From assembly GCF_046105845.1 (NCBI RefSeq), contig NZ_CP151004.1: a stretch of DNA of 64,000 bases; one strand, written 5' to 3'. The DNA is from Escherichia coli. GTDB lineage: Bacteria > Pseudomonadota > Gammaproteobacteria > Enterobacterales > Enterobacteriaceae. The notes under the pieces were generated by a model. It was not told the origin of the DNA. It ran no database searches and was given only the letters and a program-made list of their open reading frames with translations. The first letter of the stretch is position 1, and every line of letters begins with the position of its first letter. Below are positions 42,659 to 54,800 of the stretch, in pieces. The position numbers and the translations under genes are program-made.

Positions 42659-44248
42659 ATGAACAATAACGATCTGGTCGCGAAGCTGTGGAAGCTGTGC
42701 GACAACCTGCGCGATGGCGGCGTTTCCTATCAAAACTACGTCAATGAACTCGCCTCGCTGCTGTTTTTGAAAATGTGTAAAGAGACCGGACAGGAAGCGG
42801 AGTACCTGCCGGTAGGCTACCGCTGGGATGATCTGAAATCCCGTATCGGTCAGGAGCAGTTGCAGTTCTACCGTAACCTGCTGGTACATCTGGGCGCCGA
42901 CAATCAAAAGCTGGTGCAGGCGGTGTTCCAGAACGTCAACACCACCATTACCCAGCCGAAACAGTTGACCGAGCTGGTCAGCAATATGGATTCACTGGAC
43001 TGGTACAACGGTGCGCACGGTAAGTCGCGCGATGACTTCGGCGATATGTACGAAGGGCTGCTGCAGAAGAACGCCAACGAAACCAAGTCTGGCGCGGGCC
43101 AGTACTTCACCCCGCGTCCGCTGATTAAAACCATTATTCATCTGCTGAAACCGCAGCCGCGTGAAGTGGTGCAGGATCCGGCAGCAGGTACGGCGGGCTT
43201 TTTGATTGAAGCCGACCGCTACGTTAAGTCGCAAACCAATGATCTGGACGACCTTGATGGCGACACGCAGGATTTCCAGATCCACCGCGCCTTTATCGGC
43301 CTCGAACTGGTGCCCGGCACCCGTCGTCTGGCGCTGATGAACTGCCTGCTACACGATATTGAAGGCAACCTCGACCACGGCGGCGCAATCCGTCTGGGCA
43401 ACACCCTGGGTAGCGACGGTGAAAATCTGCCGAAGGCGCATATTGTCGCCACTAACCCGCCGTTTGGCAGCGCCGCAGGCACCAACATTACCCGCACCTT
43501 TGTCCACCCGACCAGCAACAAACAGTTGTGCTTTATGCAGCATATTATCGAAACGCTGCATCCCGGCGGTCGTGCGGCGGTAGTGGTGCCAGATAACGTG
43601 CTGTTTGAAGGCGGCAAAGGCACCGACATCCGTCGTGACCTGATGGATAAGTGTCATCTGCATACCATCCTGCGTCTGCCGACCGGTATTTTTTACGCTC
43701 AGGGCGTGAAAACTAACGTGCTGTTCTTTACCAAAGGGACGGTGGCGAACCCGCATCAGGATAAGAACTGCACCGATGATGTGTGGGTGTACGACCTGCG
43801 TACCAATATGCCGAGCTTCGGCAAGCGCACGCCGTTTACCGACGAGCATTTGCAGCCGTTTGAGCGCGTGTATGGCGAAGATCCCCACGGTTTAAGCCCG
43901 CGCACTGAAGGTGAATGGAGTTTTAACGCCGAAGAGACGGAAGTTGCCGACAGCGAAGAGAACAAAAACACCGATCAGCATCTGGCTACCAGCCGCTGGC
44001 GCAAGTTCAGCCGCGAGTGGATCCGCACCGCGAAATCCGATTCGCTGGATATCTCCTGGCTGAAAGATAAAGACAGTATTGATGCCGACAACCTGCCGGA
44101 GCCGGATGTATTAGCGGCAGAAGCGATGGGTGAACTGGTGCAGGCGCTGGGCGAACTGGATGCGCTGATGCGTGAACTGGGGGCGAGCGATGAGGCCGAT
44201 TTGCAGCGTCAGTTGCTGGAAGAAGCATTTGGTGGGGTGAAGGAATGA
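42659..44248 (+). CDS. hsdM: Type I restriction-modification M subunit HsdM (N6-adenine methyltransferase)
   Basis: 529 aa; SAM motif DPAAGTAGF and catalytic NPPF. Confidence 0.95.
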   Translation: MNNNDLVAKLWKLCDNLRDGGVSYQNYVNELASLLFLKMCKETGQEAEYLPVGYRWDDLKSRIGQEQLQFYRNLLVHLGADNQKLVQAVFQNVNTTITQPKQLTELVSNMDSLDWYNGAHGKSRDDFGDMYEGLLQKNANETKSGAGQYFTPRPLIKTIIHLLKPQPREVVQDPAAGTAGFLIEADRYVKSQTNDLDDLDGDTQDFQIHRAFIGLELVPGTRRLALMNCLLHDIEGNLDHGGAIRLGNTLGSDGENLPKAHIVATNPPFGSAAGTNITRTFVHPTSNKQLCFMQHIIETLHPGGRAAVVVPDNVLFEGGKGTDIRRDLMDKCHLHTILRLPTGIFYAQGVKTNVLFFTKGTVANPHQDKNCTDDVWVYDLRTNMPSFGKRTPFTDEHLQPFERVYGEDPHGLSPRTEGEWSFNAEETEVADSEENKNTDQHLATSRWRKFSREWIRTAKSDSLDISWLKDKDSIDADNLPEPDVLAAEAMGELVQALGELDALMRELGASDEADLQRQLLEEAFGGVKE

Positions 44249-45615
44249 GTGCGGAGAAATTGCCGGAGGGGTGGGTTGAGTGTGAATTATCCGAACTCGG
44301 TAACATTGTTACAGGGAAAACTCCCAGTACCAAGGAGCCTTCCAATTTTGGAGGCAGCATTCCTTTCATTAAACCAGGCGATCTTGATCTCGGTGGCTAT
44401 ATCATGAATACCGCCGATACTCTGACGGAGAAAGGGTTATCTCTTGTCCCCACTCTTCCTGCCAATTCAGTCGTTGTGACGTGTATTGGAAATTTAGGAA
44501 AAGTTGGAATTACCGCTAAAAAATCAGCATCTAATCAACAAATAAATGCATTGATCCCGTCAGAAAAGCTAAATGTAAAATTTGTTTATTACCAAATTTT
44601 AACATTAAAACCATGGTTAGAGTCTCAATCAGCAGCTACTACAATTGCGATTGTGAACAAGAGCAAATTTTCTCAGGCACCATTTAAATTCCCGTCGCTT
44701 GCCGAACAAAAAATCATCACTGAAAAACTCGATACGCTGCTGGCGCAGGTAGACAGCACCAAAGCACGTCTTGAGCAAATCCCACAAATCCTGAATCGTT
44801 TTCGTCAGGCTATTCTAGCTAATGCTGTGGAAGGAAAATTGACCGACGAATGGCGAGCCGGAAAATGTTATATTACAGAAATCAAAAAAATATCTGATAT
44901 TATTCAGAATGCTCAAGTCGGATTAGTTCGTTCAGCTTCAGATCAAAGCGAAATATGCACTCAAAAAATGAGAACGCCTTATATAAAAATGAATAACATT
45001 CACAATGTTCTCGGAACAAATTTAGAAAAACTCGCTTATGTCAACTGTGATAGCTATGAACTGGAAAAATATAGATTAAAAAATGGAGATTGGCTCTTTA
45101 ATACACGAAATAGTTATGAGTTAGTTGGTAAATCCTGTGTCTGGAATGGATGTAGCAATGCTGTATATAATAATAATATATTAAGAGTTAGACTAAAAGA
45201 AAACTACAATTCTGTTTTTTTAGATTATTGGTTTCACTCGTTCTATGGAGTGAGCATGCTTAATAGTATTAAATCCGCAACAACAAATGTTGCTGCGATA
45301 TATCAGAAAGAACTCTTAAGTAAAAGTGTTCCATTCCCCCCCCTTCCCGAACAAGCCGAGATTGTTCGCCGCGTCGAACAACTCTTCGCCTACGCCGACA
45401 CCATAGAAAAACAGGTCAACAACGCCTTAGCCCGCGTTAACAACCTGACGCAATCCATCCTGGCAAAAGCGTTCCGTGGTGAACTCACCGCCCAGTGGCG
45501 GGCCGAAAACCCGGATTTAATCAGCGGAGAAAACAGCGCCGCCGCGTTGCTGGAAAAAATCAAAGCTGAACGCGCAGCCAGCGGGGGTAAAAAAGCCTCG
45601 CGTAAAAAATCCTGA
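44245..45615 (+). CDS. hsdS: Type I R-M specificity subunit HsdS, apparently non-EcoKI TRDs
   Basis: 456 aa; ATGA overlap with hsdM; conserved N-terminal, central (LAEQKIITEKLDTLLAQVDSTKAR) and C-terminal regions flank two low-GC variable TRDs. Confidence 0.9.
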   Translation: MSAEKLPEGWVECELSELGNIVTGKTPSTKEPSNFGGSIPFIKPGDLDLGGYIMNTADTLTEKGLSLVPTLPANSVVVTCIGNLGKVGITAKKSASNQQINALIPSEKLNVKFVYYQILTLKPWLESQSAATTIAIVNKSKFSQAPFKFPSLAEQKIITEKLDTLLAQVDSTKARLEQIPQILNRFRQAILANAVEGKLTDEWRAGKCYITEIKKISDIIQNAQVGLVRSASDQSEICTQKMRTPYIKMNNIHNVLGTNLEKLAYVNCDSYELEKYRLKNGDWLFNTRNSYELVGKSCVWNGCSNAVYNNNILRVRLKENYNSVFLDYWFHSFYGVSMLNSIKSATTNVAAIYQKELLSKSVPFPPLPEQAEIVRRVEQLFAYADTIEKQVNNALARVNNLTQSILAKAFRGELTAQWRAENPDLISGENSAAALLEKIKAERAASGGKKASRKKS

Positions 45616-45749
45616 TCATTATTTTCTGGCGCACCTTTCCGGTGCGCTTTTTATTATTTTACGCCAATCATAACTCACGCAAATATATTTAAATCATTCC
45701 AGAAATTGCCTATTTTATTCTATTTTTAGCTGGACTTTCCCTGTATTTA

Positions 45750-45765
45750 CTGATGATATATCCAG
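45750..45765. promoter_or_regulatory. Putative LexA (SOS) box upstream of symE
   Basis: CTGATGATATATCCAG (CTG-N10-CAG) about 80 bp upstream of symE ATG. Confidence 0.4.
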
Positions 45766-45842
45766 GTATTTAGCGCGGTGCGGATGTGCGCCAACACACC
45801 CGCACCGCTCATCACAATCACTATTCCAGGAGAATAGCAGTT

Positions 45843-46184
45843 ATGACTGACACGCATTTTATTGCACAACCGTTCGAAGCAGAAGTCTCCCCGGCAAATA
45901 ACCGTCAATTAACCGTGAGTTATGCGAGCCGCTACCCGGATTACAGCCGTATTCCCGCCATCACCCTGAAAGGTCAGTGGCTGGAAGCCGCCGGTTTTGC
46001 CACCGGCACGGCGGTAGATGTCAAAGTGATGGAAGGCTGTATTGTCCTCACCGCCCAACCCCCCGCCGCTGAAGAGAGCGAACTGATGCAGTCGCTGCGC
46101 CAGGTGTGCAAACTGTCGGCGCGTAAACAAAAGCAGGTGCAGGCGTTTATTGGAGTGATTGCCGGTAAACAGAAAGTCGCGTAA
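45843..46184 (+). CDS. symE: SOS-induced toxin-like protein SymE (AbrB/SpoVT fold)
   Basis: 113 aa [52 protein letters not shown]... Confidence 0.9.
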   Translation: MTDTHFIAQPFEAEVSPANNRQLTVSYASRYPDYSRIPAITLKGQWLEAAGFATGTAVDVKVMEGCIVLTAQPPAAEESELMQSLRQVCKLSARKQKQVQAFIGVIAGKQKVA

Positions 46185-46345
46185 CAGCGTTTACTCCCGG
46201 TTAACCACCGGGAGCCTTCCACTGACTCAATAGAAACTTTCCCCCTCAGTAAATATTTACCTGCCTGATTGTGCAGTAAAAATCTATTGTTTCAGTACGT
46301 TGCGAAAGCGATAATAGAGGCTTAGCAATGAGGAAGGCACATCTT

Positions 46346-47725
46346 ATGGAATCAATTCAAGCCTGGATTGAAAAATTTATTGAGCAAGCACAGCAACAAA
46401 GTTCGCAATCCACTAAAGATTATCCAACGTCTTACCGTAACCTGCGAGTAAAAGTGAGTTTCGGTTATGGCAATTTTACATCTATTCCCTGGTTTGCATT
46501 TCTTGGAGAAGGTCAGGAAGTTTCTAACGGTATATATCCCGTTATTCTCTATTATAAAGATTTTGATGAGTTGGTTTTGGCTTATGGTATAAGTGACACG
46601 AATAAACCACATGCACAATGGCACTTTTCTTCTGACATACCTAAAACAATCGCAGAGTATTTCCAGGCAACTTCAGGTGTATATCCTAAAAAATACGGAC
46701 AGTCCTATTACGCCTGTTCCCAAAAAGTCTCACAGGGTCTTGATTATACCCGGCTTGCCTCCATGCTGGACAACATAATCAACGACTATAAATTAATATT
46801 TAATTCTGGCAAGAGTGTTATTCCACCTATGTCAAAAACTGAATCATACTGTCTGGAAGATGCGTTAAATGATTTGTTTATCCCTGAAACCACAATAGAG
46901 ACGATACTCAAACGATTAACCATCAAAAAAAATATTATCCTCCAGGGGCCGCCCGGCGTTGGAAAAACCTTTGTTGCACGCCGTCTGGCTTACTTGCTGA
47001 CAGGAGAAAAGGCTCCGCAACGCGTCAATATGGTTCAGTTCCATCAATCTTATAGCTATGAGGATTTTATACAGGGCTATCGTCCGAATGGTGTCGGCTT
47101 CCGACGTAAAGACGGTATATTTTACAATTTTTGTCAGCAAGCTAAAGAGCAGCCAGAGAAAAAGTATGTTTTTATTATAGATGAAATTAATCGTGCCAAT
47201 CTCAGTAAAGTATTTGGCGAAGTGATGATGTTAATGGAACATGATAAACGAGGTGAAAACTGGTCTGTTCCCTTAACCTACTCCGAAAACGATGAAGAAC
47301 GATTCTATGTCCCGGAGAATGTTTATATTATCGGTTTAATGAATACTGCCGATCGCTCTCTGGCCGTTGTTGATTATGCCCTGCGCAGACGATTTTCTTT
47401 CATAGATATTGAGCCAGGTTTTGATACACCACAGTTCCGGAATTTTTTACTGAATAAAAAAGCAGAACCTTCATTTGTTGAGTCTTTATGCCAAAAAATG
47501 AACGAGTTAAACCAGGAAATCAGCAAAGAGGCCACTATCCTTGGGAAAGGATTCCGCATTGGGCATAGTTACTTCTGCTGTGGGTTGGAAGATGGCACCT
47601 CTCCGGATACGCAATGGCTTAATGAAATTGTGATGACGGATATCGCCCCTTTACTCGAAGAATATTTCTTTGATGACCCCTATAAACAACAGAAATGGAC
47701 CAACAAATTATTAGGGGACTCATAG
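46346..47725 (+). CDS. mcrB: 5-methylcytosine-specific restriction enzyme McrB (GTPase subunit)
   Basis: 459 aa from internal ATG with AGGAAGG RBS; AAA+ Walker A GPPGVGKT. Confidence 0.95.
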   Translation: MESIQAWIEKFIEQAQQQSSQSTKDYPTSYRNLRVKVSFGYGNFTSIPWFAFLGEGQEVSNGIYPVILYYKDFDELVLAYGISDTNKPHAQWHFSSDIPKTIAEYFQATSGVYPKKYGQSYYACSQKVSQGLDYTRLASMLDNIINDYKLIFNSGKSVIPPMSKTESYCLEDALNDLFIPETTIETILKRLTIKKNIILQGPPGVGKTFVARRLAYLLTGEKAPQRVNMVQFHQSYSYEDFIQGYRPNGVGFRRKDGIFYNFCQQAKEQPEKKYVFIIDEINRANLSKVFGEVMMLMEHDKRGENWSVPLTYSENDEERFYVPENVYIIGLMNTADRSLAVVDYALRRRFSFIDIEPGFDTPQFRNFLLNKKAEPSFVESLCQKMNELNQEISKEATILGKGFRIGHSYFCCGLEDGTSPDTQWLNEIVMTDIAPLLEEYFFDDPYKQQKWTNKLLGDS

Positions 47726-48771
47726 TGGAACAGCCCGTGATACCTGTCCGTAATATCTATTACATGCTTACCTATGCATGGGGTTATTTACAGGACATTA
47801 AGCAGGCCGACCTTGAAGCCATACCCGGTAACAATCTTCTTGATATCCTGGGGTATGTATTAAATAAAGGGGTTTTACAGCTTTCACGCCGAGGGCTTGA
47901 GCTTGATTACAATCCTAATACCGAGATCATTCCTGGCATCAAAGGGCGAATAGAGTTTGCTAAAACAATACGCGGCTTCCATCTTAATCATGGGAAAACC
48001 GTCAGTACTTTTGATATGCTTAATGAAGACACGCTGGCTAACCGAATTATAAAAAGCACATTAGCCATATTAATTAAGCATGAAAAGTTAAATTCAACTA
48101 TCAGAGATGAAGCTCGTTCACTTTATAGAAAATTACCGGGCATTAGCACTCTTCATTTAACTCCGCAGCATTTCAGCTATCTGAACGGCGGAAAAAATAC
48201 GCGTTATTATAAATTCGTTATCAGTGTCTGCAAATTCATCGTCAATAATTCTATTCCAGGTCAAAACAAAGGACACTACCGTTTCTATGATTTTGAAAGA
48301 AACGAAAAAGAGATGTCATTACTTTATCAAAATTTTCTTTTTGAATTTTGCCGTCGTGAATTACCATCTGTAAATACAACTCGCCCACATTTAAAATGGG
48401 ATGCATCAAGCATATCGGATCAATCACTTAGCTTGTTACCTCGAATGGAAACTGACATCACCATTAACTCATCAGGGAAAATACTTATCGTTGATGCCAA
48501 ATACTATAAAAGCATTTTTTCACGACGAATGGGTACAGAAAAGTTTCATTCTCAAAATCTATATCAACTGATGAGTTACTTATGGTCGTTAAAGCCTGAA
48601 AATGGCGAAAAAACAGGGGGGTTATTAATATACCCACACGTAGACACCTCAGTGAAACATCGTTATAAAATTAATGGCTTCGATATTGGCTTGTGTACCG
48701 TCAATTTAGGTCAGGAATGGCCGTGTATACATCAAGAATTACTCGACATTTTCGGTGAATATCTCAAATAA
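47725..48771 (+). CDS. mcrC: McrBC endonuclease subunit McrC
   Basis: 348 aa from GTG overlapping mcrB stop by 1 nt (TAGTG); PD-(D/E)xK region ...DITINSSGKILIVDAKYYKS. Confidence 0.9.
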   Translation: MEQPVIPVRNIYYMLTYAWGYLQDIKQADLEAIPGNNLLDILGYVLNKGVLQLSRRGLELDYNPNTEIIPGIKGRIEFAKTIRGFHLNHGKTVSTFDMLNEDTLANRIIKSTLAILIKHEKLNSTIRDEARSLYRKLPGISTLHLTPQHFSYLNGGKNTRYYKFVISVCKFIVNNSIPGQNKGHYRFYDFERNEKEMSLLYQNFLFEFCRRELPSVNTTRPHLKWDASSISDQSLSLLPRMETDITINSSGKILIVDAKYYKSIFSRRMGTEKFHSQNLYQLMSYLWSLKPENGEKTGGLLIYPHVDTSVKHRYKINGFDIGLCTVNLGQEWPCIHQELLDIFGEYLK

Positions 48772-48793
48772 GCGGTAAGTTTTATAGAAAATA

Positions 48794-48820
48794 CCGCTCC
48801 CGACACCACATCGGGAGCGG
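48794..48820. terminator. Hairpin between convergent mcrC and large helicase gene
   Basis: ccgctcccga-caccaca-tcgggagcgg 10-bp perfect stem; A/T-rich on minus-strand downstream side. Confidence 0.5.
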
Positions 48821-48827
48821 CTCATCA

Positions 48828-51800
48828 TCAGGAGGCGATCACCTCCACCAGCACATCCGTTGCCCAACTCTCTTCGCTGTTGGCGACATTCCCTTCCTTG
48901 CAGGCCTGAGCCATTTTGACTAACTGGAAAGAAACGTCATCGCGGAAATCAAAGTAATGCCATTGCGATGCAAAGTTGATGCGCCAGTAGCCCATCCCCT
49001 GATCGAAGCGGATCTTCAATACCTGACCATCATCAAAAGTCACCGTCAGTTTACGATGGTGAGGGATATCGCGCGGCGAGTCGAACACCGTCAGTTCTAC
49101 CGGCCTGCCCAGCGCAGCAGCAAACCACTGATCAGCGAAATCCTGAAAATCCGCTATGCTCATCCAGTCATGGAAAGGCCGGTTACCGGGGCGATCTTTA
49201 TCTTTAAATAGCGTATCCAGCGTCACTTCAGCGCCATCGGTCAGCTTTGTTTTTAGCGGTCTCAAAATTGATCCCAACAACGCCAGCGCAACCGGGTTTT
49301 GCAGATAGCGATCGGTATAGTGAACGCCGGTAATTCGCGTGTTATTCATCAGTGACTGCGCTTCTTCATGGTCGTTAAACAGCACGTCCCAGAAGCGTTG
49401 CCCAAACTGCGACAGTGGTCCATTCAACTGTTTGTGGATCTGAATGTCTTTGACCCGCTCGACAGCGTTGGCGGCTTTAGCCGGCAGAATAAATTCGTTC
49501 AGCTCTACCGTTTTATAGCCGAGACTACGTACCACCAGTTCGTCATTCAGGTGCCACTCCGGCCCCGGAATCGTTGCCTGCTGGCTACGAGAGGCCAGCG
49601 TCATCACGCGATCGGCAAAGGTGACCTGAGCAACGATCGGTAATTTCAAATCCTGTTCAACATGGCATAGCCGCACACCCAGCGCAGTAAATTGCGATAG
49701 TTCGTGCAACAGGTCCGGGTCATCCACTCCCGCAGGAATAACAAGATCGACCTCGACGTTGTCTTTTAGCCGATAGTTCTGAACCGCCGCGCGGAACTGA
49801 CGTGCGTATAAATCCCACTCATTGGGCGCGCCGGTCATCCACAGGGTGAGCTTTTCAGCGCCTTCGTTAATCGCCCGGCGAATCGTATCGCCAATGGCGC
49901 CAGGGCAGTAGCGGGCATCCGGCAGCGAGAATGTCTCTTCATCCGGTAAACCGATGTAATACGTGAAGTCATCGCCAAGCCAGGCCAGCGCCGCTTTGCG
50001 ATCCAGCAAATCGTGATCGTGGCGAGTCTGGGAATCAAGCAGGCATTCACTACATGCAGTCTCACAATGGCGGCAGCCTAACTGTTTCACCATTCCCTGC
50101 AATATAGCTTCAATGTGTACCGGTGCGCTGGAGGCAAAACCTGCACCACCGCTGATCACATCATAAAGCTGTACGGCTAATACCGATTGCCCATCCTCCA
50201 GTCTGACCGGACGTACAGAATAGCCGAGTTCTGCGGCGGAGATACCCAGAACGCCCGCCAGCGCCTGACGCAGAGCAACCGCCAGAGTCATGGCAACAAT
50301 CCGCCCCTCCTCTGTGTTATCTGGCAGATACTCGCCGTTTTGCGGTTTGCGCAGAACCATTTCAAAGACATCGGTGCGCGCCAGTGCGCCCAGGGTGACG
50401 TTCTTCATGAGTGCCGTCGAACCGGGGCAAATCAGACGATGATTCTGGCTATCGCGGTCCGCTTTACCCGGACGCGGTGGATAGTGAGCTTCCATGCTTT
50501 TCGGCGCATCATTTTCATTCAGCATCGACTCAGCACGGCCACAGCTCAGACACAATGCATAACCGTGTCCACCTTCCCCCAAACTTTGCTGGAAAACATG
50601 CCCATCAGCCCCAGAAGCCATATAACCCATTAGCGGGTTAGGCAACGGTACGGGCTCTGCTTTAACAAAGACCCACGCGGGGACAACCGGGACGAATTTC
50701 ATGGTTTCAATATTGTTCGTTACCGGAGCGTGTGCATCGGTGACAAACCCGGCAGGCTGCAGCACCTGACGGCGATTATCCATGATTATTTTTTCGCCGC
50801 AGGCGCTATTGGAGCAAAAGAGCATCCCGGAACTGCTCATCCCCTCTTCATAGCCAATGGTCCCGCATTTGTGACAGCGCCAGGCGCAATCCAGACGCTG
50901 GGCTTCATTGGTATCAGCATTAATGTTGTGCCAGTGCAGTGAGACACCGGCAGAGCGGAAGACACGGCCATCAAGAATGATCTCTGCTCCCGGTGCATAT
51001 TCACGAATGGCAACACCGAGGTTACGGGAAGGTAATCCTTTATAACGGGAGACGTTATCTTCACGGTCCTTTTTATCACGACTTTTTTGCGATTTTTCGC
51101 GGATATAATCTTCCATTGTGAAGTTATCAAACGTCACTACATCTGTCGGGAAACCGTATCCCGGCAAGAAGGTTCTGGCAGCTAGATCGCGCAGCAGATA
51201 CTCGCCACAGTGCCGTTTCTTCTCCAGCTCTATGCGCTTACGATAAGGCGTTTGCGGCTGCGACTCACGCTCCTGTGTCACGAGATCGCGATAAACGGAG
51301 AGCCACCGCTGCTGCAGGAAGGTGATCGCGTTGATTGTTTTATCCCGCAGATATTCGGCTCTTGCACCATGCAACGCCGTACCTTTCACCAGCCGTTCCA
51401 GCGCCGTGTCGATATCAAGAACAGGGCGTTCCAGCCAGACTTTGAAGCGTTCGCATTTTGACTGCCCGTCATCTTCACCGAAAAACCAGAGGCTATCGAG
51501 GCTGGTTTTCTCTTTATCGGTTTCGCCAATAACGTTACATAAAAAGTCGGACAGTAATAATGCATTGACGTGACGTTGCACCAGTCGGGCGGAGTTCATC
51601 GCGACCATGGGTGCCGGGATCATGGTTTCAAATGGCCAGAGCGGGTTGGCAAAAACCTGCTGGTCGTGTGGGTTACCTTTACATAGGGTGTAAGAGATCG
51701 CACGTGATTCTTTACTACGCCCGGCTCGCCCGGCGCGCTGTAAATAGTTGGCCGGATGTGGCGGTACGTTGTTCATTACCACCGCAGTAATGCCCCCGAT

Positions 51801-54800
51801 ATCAACCCCCATTTCCATGGTGGTGGAACAGTTGAGAACATTTAGTTGCCCATTCTTGAACATCTTTTCATAGCTTTGCAGACGTTCTGACGACTGCTGG
51901 GCAGAGTGCTCGGCAGTGCGATAGTAGAAACCGCCTTCCACGACACGATCGTTGATGTCTGTCCAGACGTTTTCCGACCGCAATTGTGCGATCAGCGGAT
52001 CATTGCTGACCCAGTCGCGTGCTTTTGCCAGACCCTCTGCGTAGTCTTCCTGTGAACGATCCAGCTTCCAGATTTCCGGCATGGTGACTTTCTGCGCGAC
52101 AAAAGTGTCATATTGCGCCTGGGTAAGATGCTCGAACGAAATATGGGTAGGCAGATAAGGGGTTAAGCCTTTAAAAGCCGTATCCAGGATTTTATTGGTT
52201 ACCGGGCAAATCCAGGCATCCGTGATTAATGAAAAAGTCATATGCTCTTTCGGTAAATAAAAACGGTTGCCATCGGGTTTCAGTACTGCAAGCGGTCCGG
52301 TAAGTTGGGCCCATGCTTCTTTCAGCCATGTATTGATAATATCAATAGTCGCCGTATTGACGGTTTTGAATCCAGCCCCCAGCATCAGTAACTTCGCTAA
52401 ACGATGGGATACGTTGCCATTACGAATTTGAGGCCAGCGTCTGTTCTGATTATCTTCAGGATCTTTTGATTCCGGGTTACGGACGAATTTTGATGAAAAA
52501 CGGCTACCGATCCAGTTTTTCAGCTCATCATCCAGCTGTGTGAAGTTGCTCTCACGAACGTAATGATCCAGCGTAACTTTGAGAAAATCGCGCCAGTCAT
52601 CCAGCGTTAATCCTTTTTCCTGCCAGTGCAGAGGGATCTTATGTATTTTCTCCAGCCCCAGGTAACCAACCTGAACCAGCCCTTGTGTTTCCAGGCTGTT
52701 AGTCCGTTTAGGGCGACGCATGAATTCCCGGAATAACAACATTTCCGAAAGCTTTAGAGGCCCGCCGTTTTCATTAAACACTTCAGGCTTAAGATAATGG
52801 TTATATTGCAGAACCGGGCCACGGATATCGGCTCTCTCTTTAAGCTCGTTAACCATTTCTGTCCAGGTTCGGGATACCAGAGTAATTGCAGCTTTTCCAC
52901 CGATTGCAGACTGGTAAGCCTGTTCAAGCTGCTCGGCCTGCGCTTCTGATAATTTCGCTTGATCCGGCAATCCCCAGCTTCGATATTCTTCTGCCTGCTC
53001 ACGGGCTTGCTTTACCCTGGTCGCTAATTTTTCCAGATCGGCATTAGCGTTCGGCGCCGTGGGCGTTTGCGTTCGTTGATGCCAGCTCAGAATTTCGACT
53101 ACGCTTCCGCGTAAGCGACTACGTTCTGCTTCTTGCTGCATACGCACCGCCATCCGGGCTGTCCCTTGTCGACTATCCGTAAAGGTAATGAGTCGACGTC
53201 CTCGCCCTGGCAACGAATCTGGTCCGACGCCCTCTTTGCCTTCATCACTGGCAAAGTCCTGACAATACTCAAGAACGGTAGGCACGATGTTAGTAACGTA
53301 AAATGGCCCACCTAATAATGCACGCCGAAAGGGTTGTTTTCCGCTCATGCCTCGGTAGCCACAGCCGCTGGCGCTACAAACCTGTTCAATATCATTAATA
53401 ATCAGCGGAATGCTGTCATTATTAATAACGCCAATACGGCGCGTCTGACGGTCGAGGCGTTGTAGGGTATAGCCTGTCTCGCTGGTCTCTCCTGCGGCAA
53501 TAATCAACGGAGGCTGGAAACTGTTCTCTTTTTCGACTTTTTCCTCTGTAGTGTCATGTTCAACAGGTACTTCATCCTGCAAGGAGAACTCATCGCCACC
53601 TTTATTTTCCCATTGGACAAGTTTGCCCTTTTTGTCCTGCGCCAGAAGATGAGGCTCATTACAATCATTACAGAACGCCACTTCGTATACAGGGCTTCCA
53701 CAGTCACAATTTTGTCGCTGGTTCACATACACATAGCCAAAGGGCCAGCCTTTTTCGAGCGGTGTACCGTGCTTTAATCTGCAATCTTTATCAACACAAG
53801 CCCATATTCCCTGGGTATTACGCTGGAAGATATGCGCCCTGACTTTAAGAAATGCGGGATCCTTTGCATTAGGTTGAGTCCCTGAACAGACATCGATCCA
53901 ACGCAGTACTTCCTGCTGGCTGTAATGCTGTTTTGTCAGCACGTTTAACCGCTCTGTTATCTCATCCAGCTTCATCGGATTGGGCTGTTTGACCAACATC
54001 TCACGTATGTAACGCGCTTCGGGGGAATGCGTAAGCGCATAAAAGCGATCAGGACTTATACCTTTAATTTTATTATCATTTTTATCTCTTAGATCCAGAT
54101 CGGGTATTTGCTCTATTTCGTCTAACGGAAGAGAAACGTTTTTGGATGGTTCCAGTTCAGGAATCACCCGACTTCCGTCCAGAACATCGATGCGCTCCTT
54201 CGGGATACCGGATAATTCAGAGAGAAATTTTTTCAGCTGCTTTTCGACGTCGCTGCCGGCAATGGTCGCAGAGGTCGCTACAAAGCGCACATCATCTGGC
54301 GTCACGCCAAACGCTGTCATCACACGACGCAGCTGGAGCGCCAGTTCAGCGGCCTGCGACCCGACATAGGTATGCGCTTCATCCAGTACAATCCAGCGTA
54401 GTGATTTTTGTGCTTTGGATTGCTGGATAATCGGGGCGTCGACCTGGCGAACCATCATATATTCCAGCATCGTGCCGTTGGTCACCAGAATCGGGGCAGG
54501 TTCTTCACGCATTTTTTCGCGCGAGAGCACCTCATTCGGCCTTTTTGCCTGTTCGCTTTTTACCGAAGCGTGTAGGTTTTCGGTGTTACCGTTGTAAAGG
54601 CAGTAGCGGATCCCGGTACCAAAACCACGCGTCCAGGCATCCAGACGCTCGCGCTGTGAATTAATCAGGGCGTTCAATGGATAGAGAAAAAGGGCTCGGA
54701 CACCGACCAACGGATTGTTGCCATTTTCATGCAGTTCCCGGTAAAGATCTTCCAGCACCGGTACCATAAAACATTCCGTTTTACCTGAACCCGTACCACT

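Noticed and set aside
43349-43888. 179-aa minus-strand ORF
   Set aside because: Antisense inside hsdM; spurious.
47695-47724. ATG at 47695 as mcrC start
   Set aside because: Would overlap mcrB by 31 nt; the GTG at 47725 overlapping the mcrB stop gives a 348-aa product, the length I recall for McrC.
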